The position numbers and the translations under genes were made by a program. Source: Trichoplax adhaerens (taxonomy: Eukaryota; Animalia; Placozoa). Taken from it: 64,000 bases of DNA. Positions 1 through 12,409 of the stretch are shown one piece after another (within the stretch, counting starts at the first letter, position 1; each line of letters opens with the position of its first letter). The notes beneath the pieces were generated by a model. It did no database searches and was not told the DNA's origin. It saw nothing but the letters and a program-made list of their open reading frames with translations. The stretch is from assembly GCF_000150275.1 (NCBI RefSeq), contig NW_002060959.1, positions 680,371 through 744,370 of the forward strand, given 5' to 3'.

Positions 1-2544
1 GACAGTAACAGTTTAGACTTGAAAATTAATACCTATCCGTTTCATAAGTCACAATCTAATATAACATAAATTGATGAGTTCCGGATTATTTTAGTTGTTA
101 AGAATTTCACGATTATTTTTTCTATTTCAATTATTTTCCCGTAGTCCTTCTCTAACAGTATGGCATACTAGATTACATCGCAAACAGTTGCTATATATCT
201 AATACATTCTCGTAATAATTTTACTGGTCATGACTTTCTTTTAACTTCAGTACGGTAATTATCAAGCTATTAGAACGAATATTAAGAGATATGGACTCGT
301 TCAAACAATACTTTAGAATGGTTTAATAGATCAAAAATACATTATTTTAATTATCAGAAGCTTTTAATCATTGATCTCATTCTTACTGTATCTTTTACTA
401 TCATTAATCAACGGTACACTGTTCTATCTGGCTATTCTAATCGTTCCTAGTAATTGATAATCAGTTACATAAAACGAAAATTAATGCTATTTGTTAAGTT
501 ATACGATAAATTGTGCGTTTTAATTGAAAATAAATGTTAATAAAACAAAGGGATCTACAAGAATTAAAACTCCGCCATAATTTAACAAAACACCTCTATA
601 AATCAATTTAATAATAAGAAGAAATCTTGTATCTTTAATTGTATCTTGATAAAATAGTCGGATTTGCATGATATGCAGTAATAAAGAGAATTGAAATATA
701 GTAAAGAATAAATACGTACAAATTATTAATATCAAAAATAAATACGCGTATACTGATAATAGTTTCTGCCAAGTTGACAATAACAAGCTACATACTGTAT
801 GTACATGACCAGTTACATATGATCTTTCTAAGCGAATGAATGCCCTACGTTAGGACGCACCTGTACTTAAGTAAAATTCAATTGTTAAGCTATAAAAATG
901 ATACTTTACAGTACAAACATTTTAATCTCGATCATAGAAAGCCCTTTAAATTTATTATATTCTATCTATGAATTCCAAGTTACTGCTACGATAATTTTAA
1001 CAAATTTTCAGGGAAAAATTCGTTTTATACTATTTAATCCCCAATTTTCAAATTAGATAAGAATTAGTACTGAATTAAGTTTTTCATACATTAATTAAAT
1101 AAAGGACTAATTTGAACTCGAAAATCATATCCGCACATCAAAATACCATGAAACTTATTTTTTAAAGTTGATTAAGTTAAATTGAGAAATCGATCGGCAA
1201 TGATCACAATTTAAATTAGTACAATTTTACAGTAGATTCTAATGCCAACAAAACAGGACCAATTATATTGTTGGTCCAGCCTACAATTCTTTTATTGTAA
1301 ATGTACCAACAAAAATATAGTAGAGTTAATATAGCAATTTATTATTTGGCAAATACACGATATTGAAATCATGTACTAGTTATTAAATGGTGCACCATTT
1401 ACGTAATTGTAACAGCATGACATTTTACGCTTAATCTTTACGGGTATTCAAATTAGAATACGATATAAGAATTGGGCCAATGCTCAGTCAAGTGATATCG
1501 AAAAGAACTGGTCGAAGATAGATAAATAATCTTGAAAAAAGTCATTTATTTGACTTCGATATCGGCATAATTTATAGTCCACCCCTAAGATCAACACTAA
1601 TCAATTGTCTAGCCGGTATAGCACTCTGAAGTATTTAAATCAAACAACTTCTAGTTACGCAATAATTACCGTTAGTTTCAATTTTGAAGTACGGAGATTT
1701 ACAAAATGAACTCACTCATGTCAGTCACTTCCAGCTACTTTCCTGGCGTTGCGATGACATGGGTCTGTAGCCATGATATTGATGATGTTCAATGCCAATA
1801 TACATCGAAATCTTGCGCTTTAGTTGCTCCGTTTTAATCATTTATTCATTTCTTTTCTTTGCTTTGGCTGTCTGCAATACAACAGACAGATCTGACTACT
1901 GTGATCTGAGTATTACATCAATTAGACAGAAATCTTACTTGTCCTTAAAACAGATACTATAATTTATTTCGTTAATAACCAAACGAACTTCAAATATGAA
2001 ACTTATACCAATATTAACGCTCGATTGTCCACTTTCATCGAGGTGATTTATCTATGAAATGCAAACGCCATGCACCACCATGGACTACTCGATACTCGTA
2101 TATTACCGCACAATATGATGCATAATTCATTCTGTACTAGCAAATGTTACTACAGATAAACTACTCTCTTTCGATGTTAATGTTTTCTTCAGAACCGATA
2201 TAACGTGTTGTGCACGCATACTTTAGTCATCAACATGGTTTGCATTTGGTGGTACGTCAATTCACAGCAATCATGCTGTAAATTGAGTTTTTAGTAAAGT
2301 CAATATGCCCTATATCGGATGATCGTGTATTCTGCCGTACCGTCTTTAAATAATGATCCTAGTGAGTTAAAGGCATGTTTAAGATAATCGTGAGTTCATC
2401 TATGGTTAAGACATGTTGAAGATTAACATAATATCGACGTTAACGATACTTTAATTTTCTTCCACTACTGTAATCCTCCGCAGGCTAATAGTATATACTG
2501 TACGTTGCAATGCGGTAGAATATTTGCAAATCGACACGGTAATA

Positions 2545-3206
2545 CAGCAATGAGCTAGCCGAGGATCTAAAACTGGCTTCAGGTTAATTTAATTATGGGA
2601 TACCTTTTAGCGTATCATCAAGTCTATGCTAACGGAACAATGCAGTGCGATCGATGTTTGATCAATTATAGTATACCATCCATGTGTAGTATTAATGCAA
2701 TGCTGTAAGAGGTTGAAGTAGACTATTAAGAACTCTGTAATTGAGAAATTGTCTTATTTAGTTTATTTAAGCGTTACTCGCAAGCATGAGAGCAGTGCAT
2801 AAAAACTGGTTAAGGTTAATTAACGATACAGTGCGGTCCAGTGTCCTTTAAAAATCAACCCGAAACCCGGCTCTTGGACGGGATTTGGGTTAAGAATTTC
2901 TGACGTGATACAGTGTTTGTACAGCGACTGCACCCATTTCGGACTAGAAAATCAACCATTTTATCGGGTTCGGGTTGCATTTTCACTCTATTTCAGGGCT
3001 CTAGTACGATCGATGTTGGATTAATATACTATGGTATATTGTACTATCCATGTGTAGTATTAATGTAGTGATCCAAGAGGTTGTAGTACATAATGAACTA
3101 CTCCGTATTAGAGAAATCACCTTATTTATTTAAGCAGTAGTCTCGACTGGCGAGCATGAAAGCCATGCAAAAACTGGTTAAACTTAATGACAGGATACCT
3201 TTTAGC
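2545..3206. repeat. Diverged local tandem duplication (about 180-200 bp unit, two full copies plus one partial), interrupted by a MITE
   Basis: The block 'gatcgatgt...ccatgtgtagtattaatg...aagaggttg...gagaaat...ttatttaagc...gcatga...aaaactggttaa' occurs at about 2645-2820 and 3004-3190; 'ggataccttttagc' occurs at about 2598 and 3193. Confidence 0.8.
2839..3003. mobile_element. 165-bp non-autonomous hAT-like MITE
   Basis: Subterminal inverted repeats aaaatcaacccgaaacccg (2851-2869) and cgggttcgggttgcatttt (2965-2983); degenerate termini cagtgtcctt / cagggctcta; 8-bp flanks gtgcggtc (2831-2838) and gtacgatc (3004-3011), each one mismatch from the single gtgcgatc (2645-2652) in the uninterrupted sister repeat. 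Confidence 0.65.
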
Positions 3207-3358
3207 TTTGTAATGACCGAGTAAAGAGTCTCCAGTAGTTACTTTTAGCCACCTACACTGTCCTACAGTTACTGTAATACTCATGTCACTCTGTCCACCT
3301 CTCTATCCGTAATCATTTAGTAAAGTAAAAGTCAATCTTGGGAGATTTAGTCGTTTAT

Positions 3359-3660
3359 GATCGAACTCACTGAGATTAAAGCGGAGGTTAAACAAGATCA
3401 TATAACCTCCGACATCCGACCCTGTTAATGGTATATCATCATTTAGTTTAGTAAATGGTCAATCTAATCACGGACTTGAAAGATCTACTTTCGTAGTCCA
3501 CGATCGAACTCACTGAGATTAAAGCGGAGGTTGAACCAGATCATACAACCTCCGACATCCGACCCTGTTAATAGTATATCATCATTTAGTTTAGTAAATG
3601 GTCAATCTAATCACGGACTTGGAAGATCTACTTTCGTAGTCCACGATCGAATTCACAGAG
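3359..3660. repeat. 143-bp near-perfect tandem repeat (two copies plus the start of a third), each with a 9-bp hairpin
   Basis: 'gatcgaa' unit starts at 3359, 3502 and 3645; about 5 differences between the two full copies. Confidence 0.9.
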
Positions 3661-4470
3661 AAGGAAGCGGAATTCGTAGTAGACCAAAATCATCCATGCA
3701 TCATCCGATACATTCGATATTCAAATTTTTGCATCAATTTGTATAAAATTGATCGCAAATGGTTTTAATATGTAGTAAGAGATCTATCTGTATAGGAAGG
3801 TTGAGAACGATTGGTCTTTTTTAAGCGCTTAACTTGTCGTTTTTACTATTCAAGCATATCGAAGAAAACGGATCGCATTGTACAATGTACACTGTAGGGT
3901 GTATCGCAAATGAACGATTTACATGGGCGAGGAATCAGATGTTTGCCCTAACCCTTCAAACTAAGAAATATCCAAATAAGATAAAATTGACTTCGGTTCA
4001 ATAGTATCCGCTCCTATTTGAAGACGGCCAGTTGAACAAAATGAAAGTCCTCCATGTTGTAACATTATGATCTTATATAGAAGATGCCTAGTATAGTAAT
4101 ATCCTAATATACGAATACTTATCATATACCGTTTAAGTACTGTATTGTATTACATTCATAATGTACGACATCATGACTACATATAGACGACATGCTATAC
4201 ATATAAAGACATTATTTCAATCCCATCTAAAACCTATAAATACCCTTGTACGCTAACTCGTTAGTCAGTTCCTACATTCCTGCTATCTCAAATACCTTAT
4301 CTATAACAACCATATCATTGTTAGCCTGTAACTTGTATCTCAATAAAATCCTTTATACCTTCTATCATCGTCTACCTTAAAATACTTTACGCTACTTAAA
4401 GAAGATATTATTTCATGTTAGATACGCTTGCGTCTACGATGAGAAATTGGCAGACGATCTGCGCATTATC

Positions 4471-4541
4471 ATACTGTACTGTACAGTACTGTACAGTACT
4501 GTACCGTAGAAATATGGTGTACTGTACACTGTACACTGTAG
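4471..4541. repeat. Short self-complementary (TACTG/TACAG)n array
   Basis: Sequence atactgtactgtacagtactgtacagtactgtac...gtactgtacactgtacactgta; it accounts for the ORFs 4408-4596 and 4415-4606. Confidence 0.85.
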
Positions 4542-5128
4542 AGGATAGGACAGGACCTGAACTGGACATGCTCATTCGGATAGACAGACTTTCCATACCA
4601 GATTAGGCTGAAAATGTCGAAAAAGAGACCTTCAGTATGGATCTTCCGTGTCTGTTTTCCAGATCGCTCGTATTAATTTGAATATTATTGATGATCTAAA
4701 TTGACTGCTTTCAAGTAGAGCTTGACAATAGACCAATGGAATACAATGTAATATTACTTAATTTAGAAAAAAATCAGTCCATTCAGAATCGATAGTTTGC
4801 ATACTAAAGTACTGTTATAATGCAATGTTTGACACAATTTGTTAACGAAAGGATACCGAGTGCCTGTCCGTCCGAAAACTGTCCAGTGTCCACTTGTCCA
4901 GGCTAAGCCGACGGTAATTGGTACTGTTGGGAGTAAAGATGACGCATGCGTAGTGAAACGAAGGTGGAGCAGTTTTCACACAGTGCTGGCTAGGTTAATT
5001 TTTGTCGACTTGATAAAGGTCAAGAAATGGAGGCAATTTGTGTTCGCTCTCGACTTGAAAAGTAATCACTATCCAATTGGGATTATCGTTAAAGGGAATA
5101 AGTAAGCTGTTCAGGTTAACGCTTCAAC

Positions 5129-8100
5129 ATGAGCGAAAGAGACCGTTTACCACAATCTCATGTCACGCATATTGATCATTTGTTAACTGAAATCGAATCT
5201 AGCGATGGTCCATTAAGTCCTACTCTCAGGTAAATCAATCATGAAATAATCAAGACTCAACTTGAAATGTTAACACAACATCAACACCTGTCGATATTCT
5301 AGCTGTGGAAATCATTTTCAATACTGTCTAGGCTGATATTAGTCTCTGGCTACCCAATACGATTTGTACTGCAATAAATAACTTGTATAGGATGGAAGTA
5401 AACGTTACTTATTTCTCAGTCATCTGAACCCCGTTCTATCTCACTACATTCTGAAAAATAGCAATGGCTGATGACAGCTAACATATTTCATCGCTAATCT
5501 CATCTACTTTATAAGTGATGTTGAAGAAGCGACTGCAATTCATAACTATGTTGTTATCATAGTCGTAGTGCTTAATATTTTTATACTATTCTATAGGCTT
5601 GTGCCATGTATTCGTCGATAAAAATCAGCATGTATTGTACAATGTTCTGTACGTCATCAATGCGTTTTAAGTACACAAGGTTACTTTTATTGTTGTAACG
5701 GAATTTGGTGCCGCAGAACATCATGCTAATATCATCTCCTATTTTCTTGTCATTGACAGGGCTGTCTATGAGAACAATTTAGATGAAGAATTTAACCAAA
5801 AGTTACAAAACCGAGTCAAGACTTATGATAAAGATATCGAACGATTATGCAATTACCATTACCATGGCTTTATAGAATCTGTTAGTGAGCTATTAAGGGT
5901 CAAGACTGATGTCAGAAACTTAAAGGTCTGATCAACATCTTTAAGAATAAAGAAATGTTTTATAAATATTAGCATAAGATATTTGTACCTTTGGACAATA
6001 AATTGATGTTAATCATTGCTATTACAGTCAAACATCACTGGATCCAATTTAGCCTTGCAGGAATCCGGAAAGCAGGTTGAGTCATTAGCTCTTTTATCAC
6101 TTCCGTTTAGGATTAATGATAATCTACTGCTGACTACTGCAAGTTTGTAGCATTTATATTCTTATTTAGGATGTAGTTAAGTTGATCGAGTATTTTGTAT
6201 CTTTCAGCTATTAACAAAGTGCGAAGATCTTATACGCTTACGCAAGATACAGAGGAATATTATTGTTACAATTGAAGCTTTACAAAAGTGTTTACCAGGT
6301 ACTAATAAAGCGTCTTTCGTTATAGCATGAGTAAAACTAGCCATACCCTGGCGTAACTGTATGTATCAAATGTGACATTCTTATAATAGGCTAATGATAT
6401 ATTATTGCTCTATTAGATGCTCTACCTTAAATTTATCTGCCATCTATTACTAACAATAGTATGAATCAGTTGTATGCTTACCTGTAATTCTCCATTGAAT
6501 TAGTTCGTTATGGGTTGTTACAGTGTAATGTAGATTGTATAAATTAATATACAATATTTAGGCATCATATATAATAAACATATATATAGACACCGATGTA
6601 GACTTGTTAGCGATAATGTATGACCTTCTTCTCGACGTTATTTGTAGTTTTGGAACTATATGCAAAGTTAAACGAGCAGATGGAAAAGAAAAGGTATGAT
6701 TCCAGTTACAAGGACTTTTCTTCATCTGTTCATGATCTCTATGTTTATAGTAAATTGTTAACTTAATATCTTTGGAGCACAACTCTGAAAGCAGTAAATT
6801 ACAACTTTATGCGTGCTATTCGTTACAGATTCTATCCTGCCTTGAAAACTTTGGAACTACTAGAACATCAACACCTACCTCATATTGACAGGTACAAACA
6901 CATAAGCGCAAATTCTCTTTTAATAGTACCTCCATTTTTATTTAATCTCTCTATCATCCTTCTGATCGTGTTTGGGCTCATTTTGCATATTTCAGCTATC
7001 GATTTACTGAAATGATGAAAGAATGTATCCCGGTTATAACTAAAAATATAGAACTAGCTTCAAAATCGGACCTACAGGTTTATACGACTTTTTATAATAC
7101 TTACTGTTTCATGAGGAACACACATACATACATACAAGTAAGCATAAATGTTTATATGTACGTATTGCTAACGCCTAGGATTTCCTTGAAAATATTCGGC
7201 ATAAATCTGAATTAATAGGTAGCATGTCCATGCGTGAGGTAACCATAGTATGCAAGCGTATTATTCCAGATAAAAGAATAAAAATTGAATATTTTCGGTA
7301 TTTGTAAGAGTACTGTACATGACTTTTTATCTTCTTTTGTGTGCATAGACCGAAACTCACAGCAGCCTCAATATCGTGCATGATAAGGCCACGGAGAATT
7401 CTGAAGTACGACATTTTTTGGGATATAATAACAAAATATTACTTGTGTCCAATTTTTAAAATTAATTTTAGGAAGAGGAGAAAAGTGTTCAAGATCTTGT
7501 TGATTTTTCTCCCTTATACCGCTGTTTGCATACTCATACTGTGCTGGTTAGTTTCACTTGTTTAATTCATTAAATGATCTTGATTTATTCCTATAAATAA
7601 ATCTTTATTAAAGAAAAAAAGTGATCAGTTCTAACATACAGCTATTTACTATGCAGGGATCACGAGAATATTTTGAAATGTATTATCGTGAACAACGAGA
7701 AAATCAAGCTAGATTAGTATTGCAACCTCAAGGAATTCAGGTAACTTGAATATGCTCAGCTAGTGTGTGTAAATTTTATACTTATCCTAAAATGGTATAG
7801 TCACGCTGATATTGTATTTGAATTTCCAATATCAGAATGAATCACTAGATAGCTATCGTAGCTACTTTCATCAAATTGTTGGGTATGTGCACTAGTTCTA
7901 CTCTAGTTTTTAATAGCGGTGCATATGAAGTAATGCGCTGATTGCTGCAATTTCATTTTGATATCTTATTCCATATACAGGTTTTTTGTAGTTGAAAATA
8001 CTGTTCTCCATACAACTAGAGGATTAGTTACAAGGTATGGCACATTATGAAGCTTTTTGGTTAATTTTGTCAATTTCGGTTTTATCTTGATCGATGTTGA

Positions 8101-11100
8101 AATCATCTTCCTATTTTTCGTTTGTTTTTAGAAACACAATTCAACTTTTATGGGACTTGGCTTTACAAAAGATAACGAGCGTTGTGCGCGTTCAATTCGT
8201 AAGGATATTAAATTTTCTTGTGAAAGTATTTTACTCCTGTAGACTTCTATAACTTTGAATTTTTGACAAATTTAAAATCAAAATAGCTGCATTGCAAGGA
8301 TTCAAAAACTATTCTTGATGTTAAAGAACTGATGGTGTGCTTTTGTAATACTTTAGCTGTAAGTGAAATCTTGTAGGAGGAACACAACGATACGTTTCTA
8401 TATTTTACATAGTGTTTATATAATAGAATCTAGAATTTATTTATTTAGTCCGCATTTGCAGATTCTTAGTACATTACTTTTATTCTAGGGTTATGGCTTT
8501 AGTGTTTCGAAATTACACGATATCCTAATGGAAGCCAGGTAAAATATAGATTCTTTTCACTAGCCATCATAAAGAGCTCTTATATCTAACCGTTAATTGC
8601 ATATTTTTCCAATACAGTGATGCTTACAATGATAAGCTCTTAACAGAATGGAAAGATAAATTTCTGTAAGTATCCAAAGGTGATATAATAATCGTTACCC
8701 ATTGGCTTATGTCGAAATATTCACAAACTTTGTCTATCCTATATTGAAACATTCTATTTTCCAGAATTATTTTTCAATCCGATAACTACACTCCTATCAC
8801 TGTGAATGATAATAAAGATTATTGGCGAAATATTGAAGAGTTTCCTTTTAAACCTAGTAAAGATATTACTAGGAAGGTATTTTGCAAAGTCAATAACTTT
8901 TTACGTGCACACTCTAGATGGACTAACTTTCTTGAAAGTTTATTAATTTATGTTTATATTCAATTTTTTATACTATTGCAGGATAGTTATCCAATGACGT
9001 TGCCGTTCTCATCATTGGTTCTTAACGTCTATAAAGAGGTGAGTCCTAATCTCCTAGTAGTTGCTGAAGATGCAGTAAACACGTCAGTTTATAATCGACT
9101 TATACGTAGAAATGTATATTCTTCCGTTTAGATAAAGCGATTTATCGTAACATCGGTGAAATTTGCCGATAATTTGAACTTAAGGTAATTAAGCTGCTAA
9201 ATAGGAAATAATTAATGTTGTGCAACTTTTTTGATATACTTATGAAATTAACTGAATTATATTTTCTACAAAATCTATTAGCCTTACTGATATCGATGAT
9301 AAACTTCGCAAGTCAACTAATGATCTTTTAACTAAAACATTGACGGGTTAGCTAATGACCGCATAATAATGTGATATAGCATTTACAAATAATATCTTAC
9401 ATTTTCAAGTTATAAAGTAGATTCTACTAGGTATAACAGTGAGACTTAGATGCTTTGAAAGTAATTCCCAAATTTTATTAATGTTTGATGTTTGACAGAT
9501 GTAATGGATGAATTTGTTGAAAAGCCCTTCTTGCACTTATCTCAGGTATTAAACCGGAAACATTAAAAATATCAAATACCGTACTGTAAAATTTTGATGA
9601 AATTTATCTTTCTATACATTATTGTTATAGTTGACCCAGCTATCTCACAACACGGTCTATCTAGAAAAAGCTTGCGGAAATTTAGAGCAGTACATATCAT
9701 CAATTACCGGGTACGATACAAGTGTGTTGGTAATGCGCAATTAGCGTTAATTCTGCATATTTAATATTTATCAGCTCTATGTTGTATTAATCGTTCAATA
9801 GGGCTGTTAGCGATGGGATACACGTAACACGACTTTATGGTACTTCTACGTTTTCGGTAAGTTGATGTTCAACTTTGCTTGCTCGCACACTTTTGCTAGT
9901 TCACTACACTAACTACTAGATGAGTTCGTAATGACCCTAATCTTACATTGTCTTCACTATAAAATAAATTTAAATATATGATCCACGACTAGGATGCTCG
10001 TCAAAAAGCAGAGGATAGGATTTACATACTTTTAAATAAAAAGTTGGATGAATTCTTTGATTTAGGTTTGAAATAATGAATGAAATATGCCAAGATATTT
10101 TCGATCTGCTAATGAACTATTTGTATTAAATAGCTAATTACGACTGGACTGCAACGGAGGGTAGGCACCGTCCTAGCGGCTACATGGATGACCTCTTAGC
10201 ATATTTGCGAGATGCATTGAGTACTTTAATTTCTTTGCCGGTACACACATTATTATGCTTTAACTAATGATTATTGCTATTGAATATCACTCTATATTAT
10301 ATCCTAACTTTATTTTATTGTGTCATATGTAGAACAATGTTGCTATTTCTGCATGTATATCTTCTTGCAAACACATTTGTGAAAGGCTTAAGGGTTTTCT
10401 GAAAAGTGATGAAATCAAGCAAATTAACGTTAACGGACTTAAGCACTTTAAAGAAGATTTACAAGTTTGTCTTGGTATGTCATTGCAGTGCCCTTCGTTG
10501 TGCTTGTGTAATGTAGTATTGCCTGATTTCTCAAATAATTTTTTTCGTTTTGTCTTCAAATTCTATGACTGTAGAATTTGCTAAAGCCCCGTTACCTCAT
10601 GTAAATTCGATTTCTTTAACAACAACTTTCTTAGAAGTCGAACAGGTGAAACCGTTATCTTGTAAACACATGATATCAATCCGCAACAATTCATACATTA
10701 TAATTGAATGCAACAGCTAATTATCAGTATACCCGTAGATTTTAGATTTAATAATAAATGAAGACTGGAGCTCTTTCTTTACTGATTTCAACCAACCTAC
10801 CAGTAAATATCAATGTGTCAGCGTGACGCTACTGTTATCGTTGTTGGAAAAGTACGTACAACGAACGCTTTTTGTTTAGTAAACTACTCAGCCAATATTA
10901 TACTTGTTTGGTAAGTTGCGATGTTTTACTAAATCGAGAAATTGCATCATTTTGTACAGGATAAAAGAAGGAGAAGGTCGAAAAACTATCTTTTCTTTTA
11001 AAAGAGCCGATCGAGATCGTAAGAAATTCTACGAAAACTTGATTAGGCGCCTTAAGCCAATGTGTCCCAGCAACGTTACTGAACCTGACCGATCGGTGGA

Positions 11101-11107
11101 GTCATAA
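5129..11107 (+). CDS. EXOC6: Exocyst complex component 6 (Sec15), more than 20 exons
   Basis: Exon 1 5129-5229 encodes MSERDRLPQSHVTHIDHLLTEIESSDGPLSPTLR; exon 2 5760-5926 encodes AVYENNLDEEFNQKLQNRVKTYDKDIERLCNYHYHGFIESVSELLRVK. Later exons give FYPALKTLELLEHQHLPHI, SDLQDFLENIRHKSELIG, VQDLVDFSPLYRCLH and KLDEFFDLANYDW, all characteristic of Sec15/EXOC6. Last exon ends at TAA 11105-11107. Confidence 0.95.
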
Positions 11108-12409
11108 TGTATATCTTTTGCTAGGTCATCTTTGTAAACAACTGGAACTACAAACAACAATTTCTTAACTTCAGTAATACCGCTAACTCGATGATATGGT
11201 ACTATCGTGCATTTTTTGTTTGTATAAAATGAAAATTAAGGTTAAATATATTCAAGTTACTATAATCAGTGTTTAAACATACTAAGCGTATGTGGTGCGA
11301 ATAGTAACGATACGCGTAGACTTGTACATTCATGATCCTTTGTGGAGGCTCTTTTCGTTGCATGATGTTCAAGTGAACGTAGCAATGAATTAATTACATA
11401 CGAACAGTAACGGCTATTATTTGCACTATTATCAAATATACCAGACATATTTTACAAATATACGTATAAGGTTGAGTCCATTTAGATTGCACATGTAAAT
11501 AGGAACTACATTTTATTCTGATGATAAGACAGAATGAATAATTATCGTCGACCGTAAGAATAACGTTATTCTTTAATAAAAGAATGCTTTACATCAAGTG
11601 TAATCTTACATTGGATGACACATCGTTAATTGCGGTTACTTAGATTTCAATAAAGTTGTGCTCTGAAGACGTACAATTTACCTCGAACAATTTAATGATT
11701 GTACATGATGATATTCTAAGATAATTACACATAGACAAATCTATCCTCTTTTAAGAGAATACTTTCTAAATAATTCTGGTAATATTCTAGTAATATTTTT
11801 CTATACAACGGTGTTTTTAATCATTCGTCTATCTGTTATTGTGGACTGGCTTAGAAATACCGTAGTGGTATAAAAATCTACTGATTATAATTATTTGTTC
11901 ATCACTAGCTAATTTTCAACACCATAGCATTGAAAATCTAGTCTTGTCACACAATGCTCTTGAATATCTGTCATTACAAATAATAAATCATTTCTTTTAA
12001 GTTGTTTAGTATTACAATATTACGAAAGTACAGTATATCTCTCGAGCAATGTATCATCATGAATTAGCTGCATTTACACCCAATGTGAAAATTGTACCAA
12101 ATGACTTTTATGCTTTTCTTCTATACGTGTAGACGTGTATGTGTTTATACTCTTAGTAATTACGCAATCAATTAACGATTGCTTTTGATTATTTCAGCGA
12201 TGGAGCCAGCCAACCTTGCTGTAATCATGAAAAGTTATGACAGTTCTAATAAATATTCGTATCTATTATAGTAGATATCGCTTAGTAAGCGAATTGCTAT
12301 CAGGCATAGAAAGTAGTTAATAATTATTACTATAGGCATTGCAGTTATAGAGCTGATGCTTTTCTGTGCTACAGTAGTATGATCGAATTACTTATAAGTG
12401 TTGTAAAAG

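Noticed and set aside
520-786. 88-aa hydrophobic ORF
   Set aside because: Composition is what AT-rich non-coding DNA yields; no motif or splice context.
1838-2051. Three small phase-compatible exon-like pieces on the minus strand (INHLDESGQSSVNI / VSVLRT / NSQSKEKEMNK*)
   Set aside because: Requires a 52-nt intron, shorter than the others seen here, and has no recognisable homology or start exon.
3531-3746. 71-aa ORF over the 143-bp repeat
   Set aside because: The repeat period is not a multiple of three and the ORF starts at TTG.
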